Source of the DNA: Winogradskyella sp.
Lineage (GTDB): Bacteria; Bacteroidota; Bacteroidia; Flavobacteriales; Flavobacteriaceae
Length of the DNA: 64,000 bases
Reading direction: 5' to 3'
NCBI RefSeq assembly: GCF_013042245.1
Contig: NZ_JABDQL010000009.1
Span: forward strand, 18,492 to 82,491
Shown: piece after piece, positions 49,638-59,994 of the stretch
Position numbering within the stretch: the first letter of the stretch is position 1
Layout: every line of letters begins with the position of its first letter
Translations under genes and position numbers: made by a program
The notes under the pieces: generated by a model
The model's input: the letters and a program-made list of their open reading frames with translations, nothing else
What the model was told of the DNA's origin: nothing
Databases searched by the model: none

Positions 49638-50132
49638 TTGAACAAAGAACTTGAACATGGCTTTGTAGATCAGCTTCAAAAACACCAGAATATTGTGCAT
49701 AAAGTTTGTCGACTTTATACCAATAATCAGGATGCGCATAATGACCTTTTTCAGGAAATTACCATACAATTATGGCGTGCATATCCTAAGTTTAGAGGTG
49801 ATTCAAAGTTTAGCACTTGGATGTATCGTGTGGGTTTAAATACGGCTATTACACTTTACAGAAAATCCAAGAGACGTATTAAGACTTACGATTTTGATGC
49901 TCATCAATTCAAAATAAAAGCTGAAGAATATGATAGCACTGAGGAAGAACAATTAAAATTGTTGTACCAAGCCGTACATCAGTTAAATGATATAGAAAAA
50001 GCGTTAGTACTACTATACCTTGAAGATAAAGATTATAGAGAAATTAGCGCAACCCTCGGTATTACCGAGGTTAATGCACGTGTGAAAATGAACCGTGTAA
50101 AAAAGAAATTAAAAACAATATTAAATCCGTAA
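49638..50132 (+). CDS. ECF RNA polymerase sigma-70 factor
   Basis: DLFQEITIQLW, SKFSTWMYRV, YREISATLGITEVNARVKMNR; TTG start. Confidence 0.93.
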   Translation: MNKELEHGFVDQLQKHQNIVHKVCRLYTNNQDAHNDLFQEITIQLWRAYPKFRGDSKFSTWMYRVGLNTAITLYRKSKRRIKTYDFDAHQFKIKAEEYDSTEEEQLKLLYQAVHQLNDIEKALVLLYLEDKDYREISATLGITEVNARVKMNRVKKKLKTILNP

Positions 50133-50136
50133 GGTT

Positions 50137-50778
50137 ATGGATGAATTAGAATTATTAAAAAAAGATTGGCAAAGCAATCGGACGGAATATCCAGAATTGT
50201 CTTATGATGAGATATACAAAATGTCTCATGCCAAATCGTCGAGCATTGTAAAGTGGATTTTTTATATTGGTCTTATCGAGTTTGCATTTTGGTTTGTGAT
50301 ATCTTTTGTATTGAAAGCATTTGGTTATGGCGAAGAAATAAAAAGTCTAGAATCTAGTAATGTTTTTATAGTTTTAGCTGTTGTTAGTTACATAGTCTTA
50401 TTCTATTTTCTATATAGATTTTATATGAATTATAAGAATATTTCTACTACAGATAGCGCTAGAAAATTAATGAAGAACATTCTAAAAACAAGAAAAACTG
50501 TAAAGGCTTACGTTATTTTTAACTTAGGGTTTTTAGTAATTGCAACATTTTATGGCGTATACTTTTCGCTTCAAAATGAAGATGCTTCAAAATCCATGAT
50601 TGATGCTGCAGCTGCAAATGGAGAAATTTTTAAACTATATGCTAGTATTATTGGAGCTACTTTACTGCTCTTAGCCTTTAGTATAGGAATCCTGCTATTA
50701 TTTTACTGGCTAATTTATGGTCTACTTTTGAAACAGCTGAATAGAAACTATAAAGAACTTAAAAAGTTAGAAGTCTAA
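50137..50778 (+). CDS. Membrane protein, putative anti-sigma partner
   Basis: MDELELLKKDWQ N-terminus, 4 TM helices, directly downstream of the ECF sigma. Confidence 0.65.
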   Translation: MDELELLKKDWQSNRTEYPELSYDEIYKMSHAKSSSIVKWIFYIGLIEFAFWFVISFVLKAFGYGEEIKSLESSNVFIVLAVVSYIVLFYFLYRFYMNYKNISTTDSARKLMKNILKTRKTVKAYVIFNLGFLVIATFYGVYFSLQNEDASKSMIDAAAANGEIFKLYASIIGATLLLLAFSIGILLLFYWLIYGLLLKQLNRNYKELKKLEV

Positions 50779-50789
50779 ATTATAACTAA

Positions 50790-51803
50790 ATGACATTACA
50801 AAGAAGAATATCCATTTTTGGTTTTGTGACCTTATCCTTCTTATCACTCTACATCTTAGGAACATCTTCAATTTTTAAAACAGAAATAGATTGGTTATCT
50901 CCCATAATAACCATTGATGTTTTACTAACAATTCCACTACTTTATTTTTTACTAATTCGAAAAACTAGTATTCCTAAAATCACCGTAATACCTATCACAA
51001 TTCTGGGTGTTCTTTTAGCTACATATATTATCCCAGAAGATAATCAAAGTTTATTAAGCTTATTTAAAAACTGGGCACTACCTGGTATTGAACTTTTTGT
51101 ATTTTGCTATGTCATTAATAAGCTTAGACAAAGCATTAAAGCATTTAAAGTTAATAGCAGTAGCGATTCTGATTTTTTCACTATCCTTAAAAAAACATGT
51201 CAAGATAATTTACCAAAACTTGCTGTTATACCTTTTGTAACCGAAGTATCTGTCTTCTATTATGGTTTTATCTATTGGAAGAAAAGAAAGCTTAAAGCTA
51301 ATGAGTTTTCATATCATAAAGAAAGTGGAAGTCTAACGCTTCTCTTCACTTTTTTGTTTTTAATTGCAATAGAAACCTTTATAGTTCACCTTTTACTAGT
51401 ACGCTGGAATACAACAATTGCTTGGATATTAACAGGCTTAAGTATATATACTGGCATACAACTATTTGGTTTTGTGAAATCGATATTAAAACGCCCAATA
51501 GCTTTAACTAATGATAGGTTGTATTTGCGTTATGGTATCATGACAGAAACCGAAATAAAACTAAAAGATATTGTTTCTGTAGAGTTATCTTCAAAGGATA
51601 TAGATAATGACAATTTCCGAAAATTATCTTTACTAGACGGATTTGAAAGTCATAATACTATTATCCATTTGAATAAAACTAATACACTCGTTGGTCTTTA
51701 CGGGACAAAGAAAAATTATAAAAGTATAGCGCTAAGTGTTGATGATTATAGAGGTTTCAAAAGTGAAATTATAAAAGCTCAAAGTAGACTTACCAATCTC
51801 TAA
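50790..51803 (+). CDS. Hypothetical multi-pass membrane protein
   Basis: Several TM segments; C-terminal soluble domain (LYLRYG). Confidence 0.65.
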   Translation: MTLQRRISIFGFVTLSFLSLYILGTSSIFKTEIDWLSPIITIDVLLTIPLLYFLLIRKTSIPKITVIPITILGVLLATYIIPEDNQSLLSLFKNWALPGIELFVFCYVINKLRQSIKAFKVNSSSDSDFFTILKKTCQDNLPKLAVIPFVTEVSVFYYGFIYWKKRKLKANEFSYHKESGSLTLLFTFLFLIAIETFIVHLLLVRWNTTIAWILTGLSIYTGIQLFGFVKSILKRPIALTNDRLYLRYGIMTETEIKLKDIVSVELSSKDIDNDNFRKLSLLDGFESHNTIIHLNKTNTLVGLYGTKKNYKSIALSVDDYRGFKSEIIKAQSRLTNL

Positions 51804-52599
51804 GTTCCTTATTTAAGCGTTCTTTCTCTTCGAGTACTTCTTGCGGAATAACTTTTAAAAATGAGGGGTGCTGCTCAATAGCGTATTCAATTTTATCAAC
51901 TATCTCTGCTATAGATTCGTTTTCGTAATCGATATTTAAAGGTTCTTTAACCTCAAAGGATTGATATACGTTTTTCTTTTTGATTCGTAATCCTTTTTTA
52001 TCAAACGAACGTCTAAAACCATCAATAACGATAGGAACCACAATAGGTTTGTATTGTTTAATAATATGAGCTGTACCCTTACGAATTGGCTTAAAAGGTG
52101 TTGTTGTCCCTTGAGGAAACGTTACAACCCAACCGTCGTCCAAAGCCTTTTTTATAGCACTGATGTCACTCATTTTTACCTGTCGGTTTACATCTTGCCC
52201 TTTAGAGCGCCACGTTCTCTCTATACTTATTGAACCAGTATATGCAAATACTTTTGGGAGAAACCCGGACTTCATAGTCTCCTTTGCAGCAACATAGTAC
52301 ATATTTAGTTTTGGATTCCATAGATAACCTACGTTTTTAATATTATCTAATCGTCCGCTTAAACTAGCATTAAACACGTGAAACATTGCAATTACATCTG
52401 CAAAATAGGTTTGATGATTAGATATAAAAAGAACATTATTATCTGGTAGGTTTTTTATAATTTCAGAACCTTCAATTTGTAATTCATTAAAGCCTCTAAA
52501 ACGGCGGTGAGTAAATAGACCAAGAATTCTAATCAACCATTTTTTTACCCAAAGTATGTGTCCAAAAGGATTGGTTTTAAATAAACCCATAAATTTCAT
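51790..52599 (-). CDS. Lysophospholipid acyltransferase (PlsC-like)
   Basis: SNHQTYFAD, TFPQGT. Confidence 0.9.
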   Translation of the reverse strand: MKFMGLFKTNPFGHILWVKKWLIRILGLFTHRRFRGFNELQIEGSEIIKNLPDNNVLFISNHQTYFADVIAMFHVFNASLSGRLDNIKNVGYLWNPKLNMYYVAAKETMKSGFLPKVFAYTGSISIERTWRSKGQDVNRQVKMSDISAIKKALDDGWVVTFPQGTTTPFKPIRKGTAHIIKQYKPIVVPIVIDGFRRSFDKKGLRIKKKNVYQSFEVKEPLNIDYENESIAEIVDKIEYAIEQHPSFLKVIPQEVLEEKERLNKELRDW

Positions 52600-52639
52600 T
52601 TCTCATTATCGTTATAGCAAATGTAATAAATTAAGCTAC

Positions 52640-53281
52640 TTAGAAGACCTGTTTTAATAATACTTTAATTTCACTAAGCATCATTGCCGTGGCACCCCAA
52701 ACCTTATAATCATTGAGTAAAAATGCAGGTACATCTACCTCAATATTGTAACTAGTTGGTACTTTAGTTTTTATAATATTTTTATCGTTCAAGATGTCTA
52801 AAACTGAAACTTCTATAATATCTTCAACTTCTTCCTCTTGTTTGATAAATGACAATTCCTTTTCAGAAACTCCAAAAAAGGGATGTACCATAAAGTTGCT
52901 TGGCGGAATGTATAAGGGTGATAAAGTTTTAATAACCTTTACTTCTCGCATCGGTACGCCAATTTCTTCTTCGGTTTCACGTAAAGCAGTATGTTTCAAA
53001 TCTACATCTGATAGTTCTACTTTTCCGCCTGGGAATCCTACCTGTGCAGAATGAACGCCTTTATATGTTTTTCGCAGAATGAACACTAATTGCGTTTCAT
53101 TTTTATAATTAGGATAAAATAGCGCCATTACTCCTGCTTTTGGCGCTGTCTTTCGCTTTTCTTTATACTTTTCTGTTAATTGCAAACGGTAAGGTGGCGA
53201 TAGTTTTGCGTGTGCTTCTTCGCCCAAAAGTGGAAGATGTTTTATATTTACAACTGTTTTTAAAAACGTATTAAAATCCAT
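52640..53281 (-). CDS. NUDIX CoA pyrophosphatase
   Basis: HSAQVGFPGGK...ALRETEEEIG, VWGATA. Confidence 0.93.
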   Translation of the reverse strand: MDFNTFLKTVVNIKHLPLLGEEAHAKLSPPYRLQLTEKYKEKRKTAPKAGVMALFYPNYKNETQLVFILRKTYKGVHSAQVGFPGGKVELSDVDLKHTALRETEEEIGVPMREVKVIKTLSPLYIPPSNFMVHPFFGVSEKELSFIKQEEEVEDIIEVSVLDILNDKNIIKTKVPTSYNIEVDVPAFLLNDYKVWGATAMMLSEIKVLLKQVF

Positions 53282-53283
53282 TT

Positions 53284-53979
53284 ATGAGAATTCTGCTTTT
53301 CTTTATTATCTGTCTTTTATTGAGTTGTGAAGATAAACAAACTTCAAAACAAAATACTAAAGTCCTCGAAGATACGACTGCAATAAAAACCAAATTGAAA
53401 AAGAAAAAGCAACAAGAGCGCAAATATCCAAGATTAACAGATGATATCGCTATGGAGTTTCTTAGAGAATACGGAAAAACAAATACTGAAGACAAAGTCC
53501 GCATTGTTACAGATTTTGGAAATATAGATATTCTCCTATACGATAAAACGATTTTTCACCGTGCCAATTTTATCTTTCTAACCAAGGAAAAGTATTTTGA
53601 CTACACCCAATTTTATCGTGTGGTGCCCAACTTTATTATTCAAGGTGGTAGCAGTGACGGAATGGATATTGCCAAACGCCGTAGAAAGATTGGGCGTTAC
53701 TTATTACCTCCTGACACCAAACGCGGTTATACCCATAAGCGTGGTGCTATTTCTATGCCGAGTAGTGAGATTGAAAACGCTTATAAATTAGCGTCTCCCT
53801 ATCAGTTTTTTATCGTTAACCAAAAAGGTGGTTCATCATTTTTAGATGGAGAATATACTGTTTTTGGTGAGGTCATCAAAGGAATGGATGTGGTAGATAA
53901 AATAAATGCCGTAGAGACAGATAAAGGCGAATGGCCTATTAAACCTGTTTATATTAAAACGATTGAAGTTATAGAATAA
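53284..53979 (+). CDS. Cyclophilin-type peptidyl-prolyl isomerase lipoprotein
   Basis: FYRVVPNFIIQGG, LDGEYTVFGEVIKGMDVVDKI. Confidence 0.92.
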   Translation: MRILLFFIICLLLSCEDKQTSKQNTKVLEDTTAIKTKLKKKKQQERKYPRLTDDIAMEFLREYGKTNTEDKVRIVTDFGNIDILLYDKTIFHRANFIFLTKEKYFDYTQFYRVVPNFIIQGGSSDGMDIAKRRRKIGRYLLPPDTKRGYTHKRGAISMPSSEIENAYKLASPYQFFIVNQKGGSSFLDGEYTVFGEVIKGMDVVDKINAVETDKGEWPIKPVYIKTIEVIE

Positions 53980-54665
53980 TGGATAATAAAGCTTTGATAA
54001 GATTAGGAGTACTTATAGTAGTTGTTGTCATTGGTTATTTTGTGAAGAAAGAAAGAGATAAAAAACAAGCTAAGATTGATAGTATTATCAAAAAATATTC
54101 TAATAAAAAGAAAGCAAAATTAATTACTAAGGTTACACCTGAATTTAAGGAGCAGCAAATTGAATATTTAAAAGACTTAATCAATCTATTGATTAATGAA
54201 GAGAAGTCAAACGAAATAATTCAAGTTATAAATGCTAAAATTAAAGCCAATGATTATTATGAAAATTGGGCTATAACAAACGAGCTATTAAGTAGAGAAG
54301 TACAAAACCACAATTGGAATCATAATATTTGCCTTTATGGCTATTTCGATTGGAAACAACCTTCAGAAGACTTAAATCATTTTATAGTAAATAGCTTGAA
54401 ATATAACTTTGGAATTGAAAAATCTTTTGATTCAATTCATGATTTGGATGAAAATAGGACAATACCTGACGCATTCCCTATATATGAAAACGAATTAGAA
54501 AAATTTAATCTCAAGCTCCGGAATATTGATATTGGTGGAGATTGTTACACCATTATCATTGTTAAAAATGAAAACTTAAATGAAGTAGAAGAGATAATCG
54601 AAAATATAGGATTAAAAATTGAAGTCGTTCGTCCTTCTAATTGGGGTAGACTTAATGACATTTAA
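53979..54665 (+). CDS. Hypothetical protein (DUF6630-like C-terminus)
   Basis: N-terminal TM; FDWK and IDIGGDCY motifs. Confidence 0.55.
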   Translation: MDNKALIRLGVLIVVVVIGYFVKKERDKKQAKIDSIIKKYSNKKKAKLITKVTPEFKEQQIEYLKDLINLLINEEKSNEIIQVINAKIKANDYYENWAITNELLSREVQNHNWNHNICLYGYFDWKQPSEDLNHFIVNSLKYNFGIEKSFDSIHDLDENRTIPDAFPIYENELEKFNLKLRNIDIGGDCYTIIIVKNENLNEVEEIIENIGLKIEVVRPSNWGRLNDI

Positions 54666-54676
54666 TAGCTCATTTA

Positions 54677-55288
54677 CTAACCTTTATTAGCATATAAACT
54701 TGGTAATGACACTTTAAATATTACCGCCAAAAGCCTAACGGTTATAACAACTATACCTGCTATTATAAACAGATAGTTTCTATCTTCTAAAAACTCCAAC
54801 ATCAAGAAATAGGTTAACCCACCTAAAATACAAGCTGTAGCGTATACTTCTTTTCTAAAAATTACAGGAATTTCGTTACATAATATATCCCTAATAACAC
54901 CTCCAAAACAGGCTGAAATCGTTCCTAAAGTAATGCAAATTATAGGATGTAAATCTGCCGAGAGTCCTTTTTCAATACCTATTACAGTATATAAACCAAT
55001 ACCTATTGTGTCAAATAAAAACAATGATTTACGTAAATGTTTGATATAGTTTCTAAAGACAACTGCAAATAATGTTGCCGTAGATATTACCACAATAAAG
55101 GTCATATCCTTCATCCAAAATACGGGTGTAGCTCCAATAAGAACATCGCGCAAGGTACCTCCACCAACTGCAGTGACAAAAGCGATTATAAGAACACCGA
55201 AAGCGTCCATCTTTTTATTCATGGCAACTAATACACCAGAGATTGCAAAAGCTATAGTTCCTAATATGTCTATGGTTTGTATGAACAT
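54677..55288 (-). CDS. TRIC/UPF0126 trimeric cation channel family protein
   Basis: GTIAFAISG, TAVGGGTLRD, FGGVIRDIL, YATA. Confidence 0.92.
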   Translation of the reverse strand: MFIQTIDILGTIAFAISGVLVAMNKKMDAFGVLIIAFVTAVGGGTLRDVLIGATPVFWMKDMTFIVVISTATLFAVVFRNYIKHLRKSLFLFDTIGIGLYTVIGIEKGLSADLHPIICITLGTISACFGGVIRDILCNEIPVIFRKEVYATACILGGLTYFLMLEFLEDRNYLFIIAGIVVITVRLLAVIFKVSLPSLYANKG

Positions 55289-55342
55289 CTACAATTTCTT
55301 TTTGTTTTTAATCATATTAATAAGAATGGTTCTCTGCGAAGA

Positions 55343-55364
55343 TATTTCAGCTACGCTCAGTATA
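55343..55364 (-). repeat. Degenerate REP-like unit between 11-bp direct repeats
   Basis: Reverse complement TATACTGAGCGTAGCTGAAATA; TGGTTCTCTGC at 55327-55337 and 55393-55403. Confidence 0.45.
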
Positions 55365-55403
55365 AGTGATTCACATAATTTTTTTCAAAATTTGGTTCTC
55401 TGC

Positions 55404-56120
55404 TTACATGGACTGCGTATAATAATTATAATCCTTAATCACAGTCGCTATAAAATTTATGGGAGTTTCTTTTGTTTCGACTTGCATTACTTTTTGCAGC
55501 CTTGTGCTTATATTGAGTATAATATTATAGTTGCCTTTATAAACAGCATCTTTGTATAACATATTCACGGTTTGGATATCTTTATCTGTTAACAAAGTGA
55601 CTTGACTGTAAGTGGGTACATAGTTTAGCGGCAAATCTTTCATTACCGTATCTTCAATGGTCACTTTTTCTTTCTCGCTAATTACCGTGGTTCCTGCTGC
55701 GATATCTCCTAAGCGCTGCCCATTTCCTTTTATAAGTATAGTTAAAGTTGCTAAACCTCCAAAAGTTATAACTACATCTACAATACGTAATATCCAACGC
55801 ACAAAATAATTGGCGAAGCTAGGTTTTGAGCCATCGATTTTTACAACTCGAGTTCTCATTACAAATTTACCTACGGTTTTACCATCCCAAAACGTTTCGA
55901 GTAATACATAATATAAAAATGCAGGAAGCGATACTAAAAGATAAATAGCCCAACTTGTTGCGGCGTTTAAATTTAACGCACCTAAAAGTAAGAAAACTGC
56001 TATGGTATAAGACAAAATAATAACACTATCCAGAAGATAAGCCAACATACGGTCACCTATATGTGCGACGTTTTGATTAATGCCTACATTTTGGGCTGTT
56101 TCTATTTGAAATTCATTCAT
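55404..56120 (-). CDS. RDD-family protein (start revised from 56222)
   Basis: AHIGDRMLAYLLD, GKTVGK, QRLGDIAAGTTV. Confidence 0.92.
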   Translation of the reverse strand: MNEFQIETAQNVGINQNVAHIGDRMLAYLLDSVIILSYTIAVFLLLGALNLNAATSWAIYLLVSLPAFLYYVLLETFWDGKTVGKFVMRTRVVKIDGSKPSFANYFVRWILRIVDVVITFGGLATLTILIKGNGQRLGDIAAGTTVISEKEKVTIEDTVMKDLPLNYVPTYSQVTLLTDKDIQTVNMLYKDAVYKGNYNIILNISTRLQKVMQVETKETPINFIATVIKDYNYYTQSM

Positions 56121-56155
56121 ATTTTCTTTTCTTTGATAGCCTAAAGAAACACTGC

Positions 56156-57160
56156 ATGCGCGAGGCTGCTTTTGTGAAGCAAAATAAAGATAAATGGTTA
56201 GAATTTGAAAGGGTTCTTTCAAATAAAACCAATATAGACCCAGATTTACTTTCTGATATATATATTGAAATTACCGACCATCTTAGTTATGCCAATACCT
56301 TTTACTCCAATAGCAATACAGAAAGCTATCTCAACCAAATAGCTTCTAAAGCACATCAGCAAATTTATAAGACAAAAAAAGAGCCTAAAAATCGTTTGGT
56401 TTCGTTTTTTAAAACAGAATTTCCTTTGATGTTTCGTCAGCACCACCGCGAACTACTCATTGCGTTTTTAACTTTTGCTTTTTTTGTTTTTGTTGGCGCC
56501 TATTCAACAGCAAGTGATGATGATTTTGTTCGTACTTTCGGACTTAGTGACGGTTATGTAAACATGACGTTAGAAAATATTGAAAAAGGTGACCCAATGG
56601 CCGTTTACAAAAAGCAAGGCGAATTTCATATGTTCTTAGGTATTACTCTCAATAACATAAAAGTAGCACTCATGGCATTTGCTTACGGAATATTGTTTGG
56701 CGTAGGTAGCTTATACATCATGTTGCGTAATGGTATTATGCTTGGAAGTTTTCAGTATTTCTTTTACGACCAAGGCTTACTTTGGGAATCTGCAAGAACG
56801 ATATGGATTCATGGTACTATCGAGATTTCAGTAATTGTAATAGCGGGTTGTGCTGGACTAGTTTTAGGAAACGGATTATTATTTACAGGAACTTATACTC
56901 GATTAGAATCCTTTAAACGCGGTGTTAAAAATGGACTCAAAATATTAATGAGTACTATTCCGTTTTTTATAATTGCTGGTTTTTTAGAGGGTTTCGTTAC
57001 GCGACATACAGAAATGCCTGATTGGCTTGCTATACTCATCATAATAGGTTCTCTTGCACTTATTGTATTTTACTATGTGATATATCCAATACAATTGCAT
57101 AAAAGACTGTCTAAAGAAAACTTTAATAAAAACAAAATTACACTTCAACCAACCCAATAA
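56156..57160 (+). CDS. SpoIIM-family membrane protein
   Basis: MREAAFVKQN, NNIKVA, WIHGTIE, AGFLEGFVT. Confidence 0.9.
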   Translation: MREAAFVKQNKDKWLEFERVLSNKTNIDPDLLSDIYIEITDHLSYANTFYSNSNTESYLNQIASKAHQQIYKTKKEPKNRLVSFFKTEFPLMFRQHHRELLIAFLTFAFFVFVGAYSTASDDDFVRTFGLSDGYVNMTLENIEKGDPMAVYKKQGEFHMFLGITLNNIKVALMAFAYGILFGVGSLYIMLRNGIMLGSFQYFFYDQGLLWESARTIWIHGTIEISVIVIAGCAGLVLGNGLLFTGTYTRLESFKRGVKNGLKILMSTIPFFIIAGFLEGFVTRHTEMPDWLAILIIIGSLALIVFYYVIYPIQLHKRLSKENFNKNKITLQPTQ

Positions 57161-57164
57161 CTAA

Positions 57165-58049
57165 ATGAATAGACCTTACATAGAATTTAAAAAACAACGC
57201 GATTTTGGCGCTTTACTCTCAGATACATTCACCTTTATCCGTAATGAGTTTAAACCATTGATGAAAACTATTTTTAGTATTTCTGGTCCGGCATTGGTGT
57301 TTTTTGTTATTTCAATGGCATTTTACACTTATTTCGCAGGCGATTTATTAAGTTTTGATTTGTATGGCAGTCCAGAACTAAATAGCGGTAATGCGGTTTT
57401 AACAATATTAACCGCAATAGTCTATCTTATATCTGCAGTGTTAGCATTAATATTTGTAAGCTCATCGACCTTACATTATATCAAATCCTATTCAGAAAAT
57501 TCAGGTGAAGTCATTTTTGAAGACGTAAAACGTAACGTATCACAAACATTTTGGGGATACCTTGGCTTAGGCTTTCTTAAATATGTCTCTTTGGGTTTTG
57601 CTTTGGTGCTTTGTTTTTTCCCATTTCTATATGTTATGGTGCCTATGTTTATCGTTTTCTGCATCTATGTCTTTGAAAGAAAACGTGGGGTAACAGATTC
57701 TTACAGTTATAGTTTTTCCTTAATAAATGAGGATTTTTGGACAAGTATTGGCTTAATCATAGTCTTGTTTATCTTAATGTACATATTAAGCATTGTGTTT
57801 TCAATTCCAACAATCATCTACACCTATGCAAAAATGGGAATTTTTTCTGGTGAAATAGACCCAAGTAATCTAAACAGCCTTAATGACCCATTTTACATTT
57901 TTCTGAATGTAATATCTACACTATTTTCAATTTTGCTCAACATTGTATCTATAGTAGCCAGCGCACTTGTTTACTTTCACCTCAACGAAAAAAGAAACTT
58001 TACAGGTACTTACGAGCGCATTAGTAATATTGGACAAATAGAAGAGTAA
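57165..58049 (+). CDS. Conserved membrane protein of the MoxR operon
   Basis: RDFGALLSDTF, multiple TM helices, YFHLNEK. Confidence 0.7.
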   Translation: MNRPYIEFKKQRDFGALLSDTFTFIRNEFKPLMKTIFSISGPALVFFVISMAFYTYFAGDLLSFDLYGSPELNSGNAVLTILTAIVYLISAVLALIFVSSSTLHYIKSYSENSGEVIFEDVKRNVSQTFWGYLGLGFLKYVSLGFALVLCFFPFLYVMVPMFIVFCIYVFERKRGVTDSYSYSFSLINEDFWTSIGLIIVLFILMYILSIVFSIPTIIYTYAKMGIFSGEIDPSNLNSLNDPFYIFLNVISTLFSILLNIVSIVASALVYFHLNEKRNFTGTYERISNIGQIEE

Positions 58050-58781
58050 ATGCGTAAAATCGGTTTTCTTATTTGCTTTTGTATAGGGTCACTTGTGTTT
58101 TCTCAAGAGAAAATAGCACCTGACTATTATGACGATAGCACACTAGAAAAGAAAACGATTTCCGAAAATGATTTAGAATCTTATAAAAATGATGATGACT
58201 TTGACTATACTGAAGTTAAAAAAGCAGAAGGTGCTTTTGACAAGTTTGTACGCTGGCTAAGAAATTTACTCCGAAAATTTTGGGAAGCTATTTTTGGAGT
58301 TGGTACCGCAGGCGGGTTTTTATATTTTGTTTTTAGGATACTACCTTACATTTTGTTGGGTGTACTCATTTACTTATTGGTTCGTTTTTTCTTAAAAGTA
58401 AACTCTAACAGTATCACAACCAAAAGTCAAGCAAAAGGAAAAGTATTCTATTCTAAAGAAGAGCAAATTATTAAAAACGAAGATATTGATGCTCTAATTG
58501 AGCAAGCTATCAATCAAAAAAAACACAGACTCGCCATTCGATATTACTATCTACTAGCCTTAAAAAAACTCACTGAAGCCAATAAAATTAAGTGGGAAGC
58601 ACAGAAAACTAACGAGGATTATATTGAGGAGCTTAATCAATCACACCTAAAAGTAGATTTTGAAAACATTACTAGAATATATGATTACGTTTGGTATGGT
58701 GAATTTACTGTAGATGCCTTTAAATTCGAAAATTTAAAACTGCCTTTTATATCACTAAATAAAACTATTGATCTTGAGTAA
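58050..58781 (+). CDS. DUF4129-domain protein
   Basis: RLAIRYYY...KTNEDY...YDYVWYG. Confidence 0.85.
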   Translation: MRKIGFLICFCIGSLVFSQEKIAPDYYDDSTLEKKTISENDLESYKNDDDFDYTEVKKAEGAFDKFVRWLRNLLRKFWEAIFGVGTAGGFLYFVFRILPYILLGVLIYLLVRFFLKVNSNSITTKSQAKGKVFYSKEEQIIKNEDIDALIEQAINQKKHRLAIRYYYLLALKKLTEANKIKWEAQKTNEDYIEELNQSHLKVDFENITRIYDYVWYGEFTVDAFKFENLKLPFISLNKTIDLE

Positions 58782-59994
58782 AAAAGGTAAAATATATATA
58801 GCCCTTGTAGTGCTTTCTATCTTGGCGCTTGTGGTTTTTGAAATGACAAAACCGAAGCAAATCAATTGGTTTCCGTCTTATGCGACACATCACAAAATTC
58901 CGTTTGGCAGTTATGTCTTTAATGAGCAATTGAATCTTATTTCAGATTCTGTTATTACTGTCAACAAACCTCCTTTTGAATATCTTAGAAACAATGATAT
59001 TAATGGTACCTATTTGTTTTATAATGACAATGTAAACTTCGGAAAAGCAGAACTCGAGAGTTTACTCGATTGGACGGCAAAAGGAAATACCTTAGTCGTT
59101 TCTTCACTTAATTTTGAAACCAAACTTATAGATACCCTTAATCTAAATATGGCTTCTGTAAATATCTTTGACAATTTTGAAAATAAGTTTCAGTTGCAAT
59201 TGGTTAACCCAGCTTTCGATAAAATACAGTATGAATTTGATAAGGCTTCTACCCTATTTCACTTTAACGAAATTGACACCCTTAATACTAAAGTTCTTGG
59301 AGTTGTTGATAAATCACGTAAAGCGTCAGATACGGAAAGTAAACCTAGTGTAAACCTAATAAAGCAGCCTTGGGGAGATGGAGCAATTATACTCAATGCA
59401 TTCCCTCAGGCTTTTACAAATTATTTTATTCTTAATTCGCCTAATCAAAATTATACAGTTGGTCTATTATCTTATTTAGACACCTCAAAACCTATTTATA
59501 TTGACCAACATTATAAGTCTGGTAAAAAATTTTATACATCGCCAATGTACCTCTTCCTAAATAACCCAAATTTAAAATGGGCCTATTACATTGTCTTAAT
59601 TGGCGTATTAGTTTATATTATTTTTGAAGGCAAACGCAAACAACGTGCTATCCCCGTCGTAAAACCTTTAAAAAATCAGACAGTAGATTTTACACGCACC
59701 ATTGCTAACATGTATTACGAAAGTGGCAAACACAGTGAGATTGCACATCATAAAATTCAGCATTTCTTAGAATATATTAGAAAACATATGTATTTAGACA
59801 CTTCTACCATAAATGCTGAATTTATAAAGAACTTAGCAGCCCGAAGTAACAATACTATTGAAAATACCAAAAAGCTTTTCGATTATATCAATAATCTTCA
59901 AGAACAACATCAATTAAACAATATACAACTAGAAAGGCTTAACGGCTTAATAGAAACTTTTAAATCCCATAACCAATGGAAAACGAAGCAATAA
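58768..59994 (+). CDS. DUF4350-domain protein
   Basis: NWFPSY..HKIPFG, KRKQRAIPVVKP, DFTRTIANMY. Confidence 0.8.
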   Translation: MILSKKGKIYIALVVLSILALVVFEMTKPKQINWFPSYATHHKIPFGSYVFNEQLNLISDSVITVNKPPFEYLRNNDINGTYLFYNDNVNFGKAELESLLDWTAKGNTLVVSSLNFETKLIDTLNLNMASVNIFDNFENKFQLQLVNPAFDKIQYEFDKASTLFHFNEIDTLNTKVLGVVDKSRKASDTESKPSVNLIKQPWGDGAIILNAFPQAFTNYFILNSPNQNYTVGLLSYLDTSKPIYIDQHYKSGKKFYTSPMYLFLNNPNLKWAYYIVLIGVLVYIIFEGKRKQRAIPVVKPLKNQTVDFTRTIANMYYESGKHSEIAHHKIQHFLEYIRKHMYLDTSTINAEFIKNLAARSNNTIENTKKLFDYINNLQEQHQLNNIQLERLNGLIETFKSHNQWKTKQ

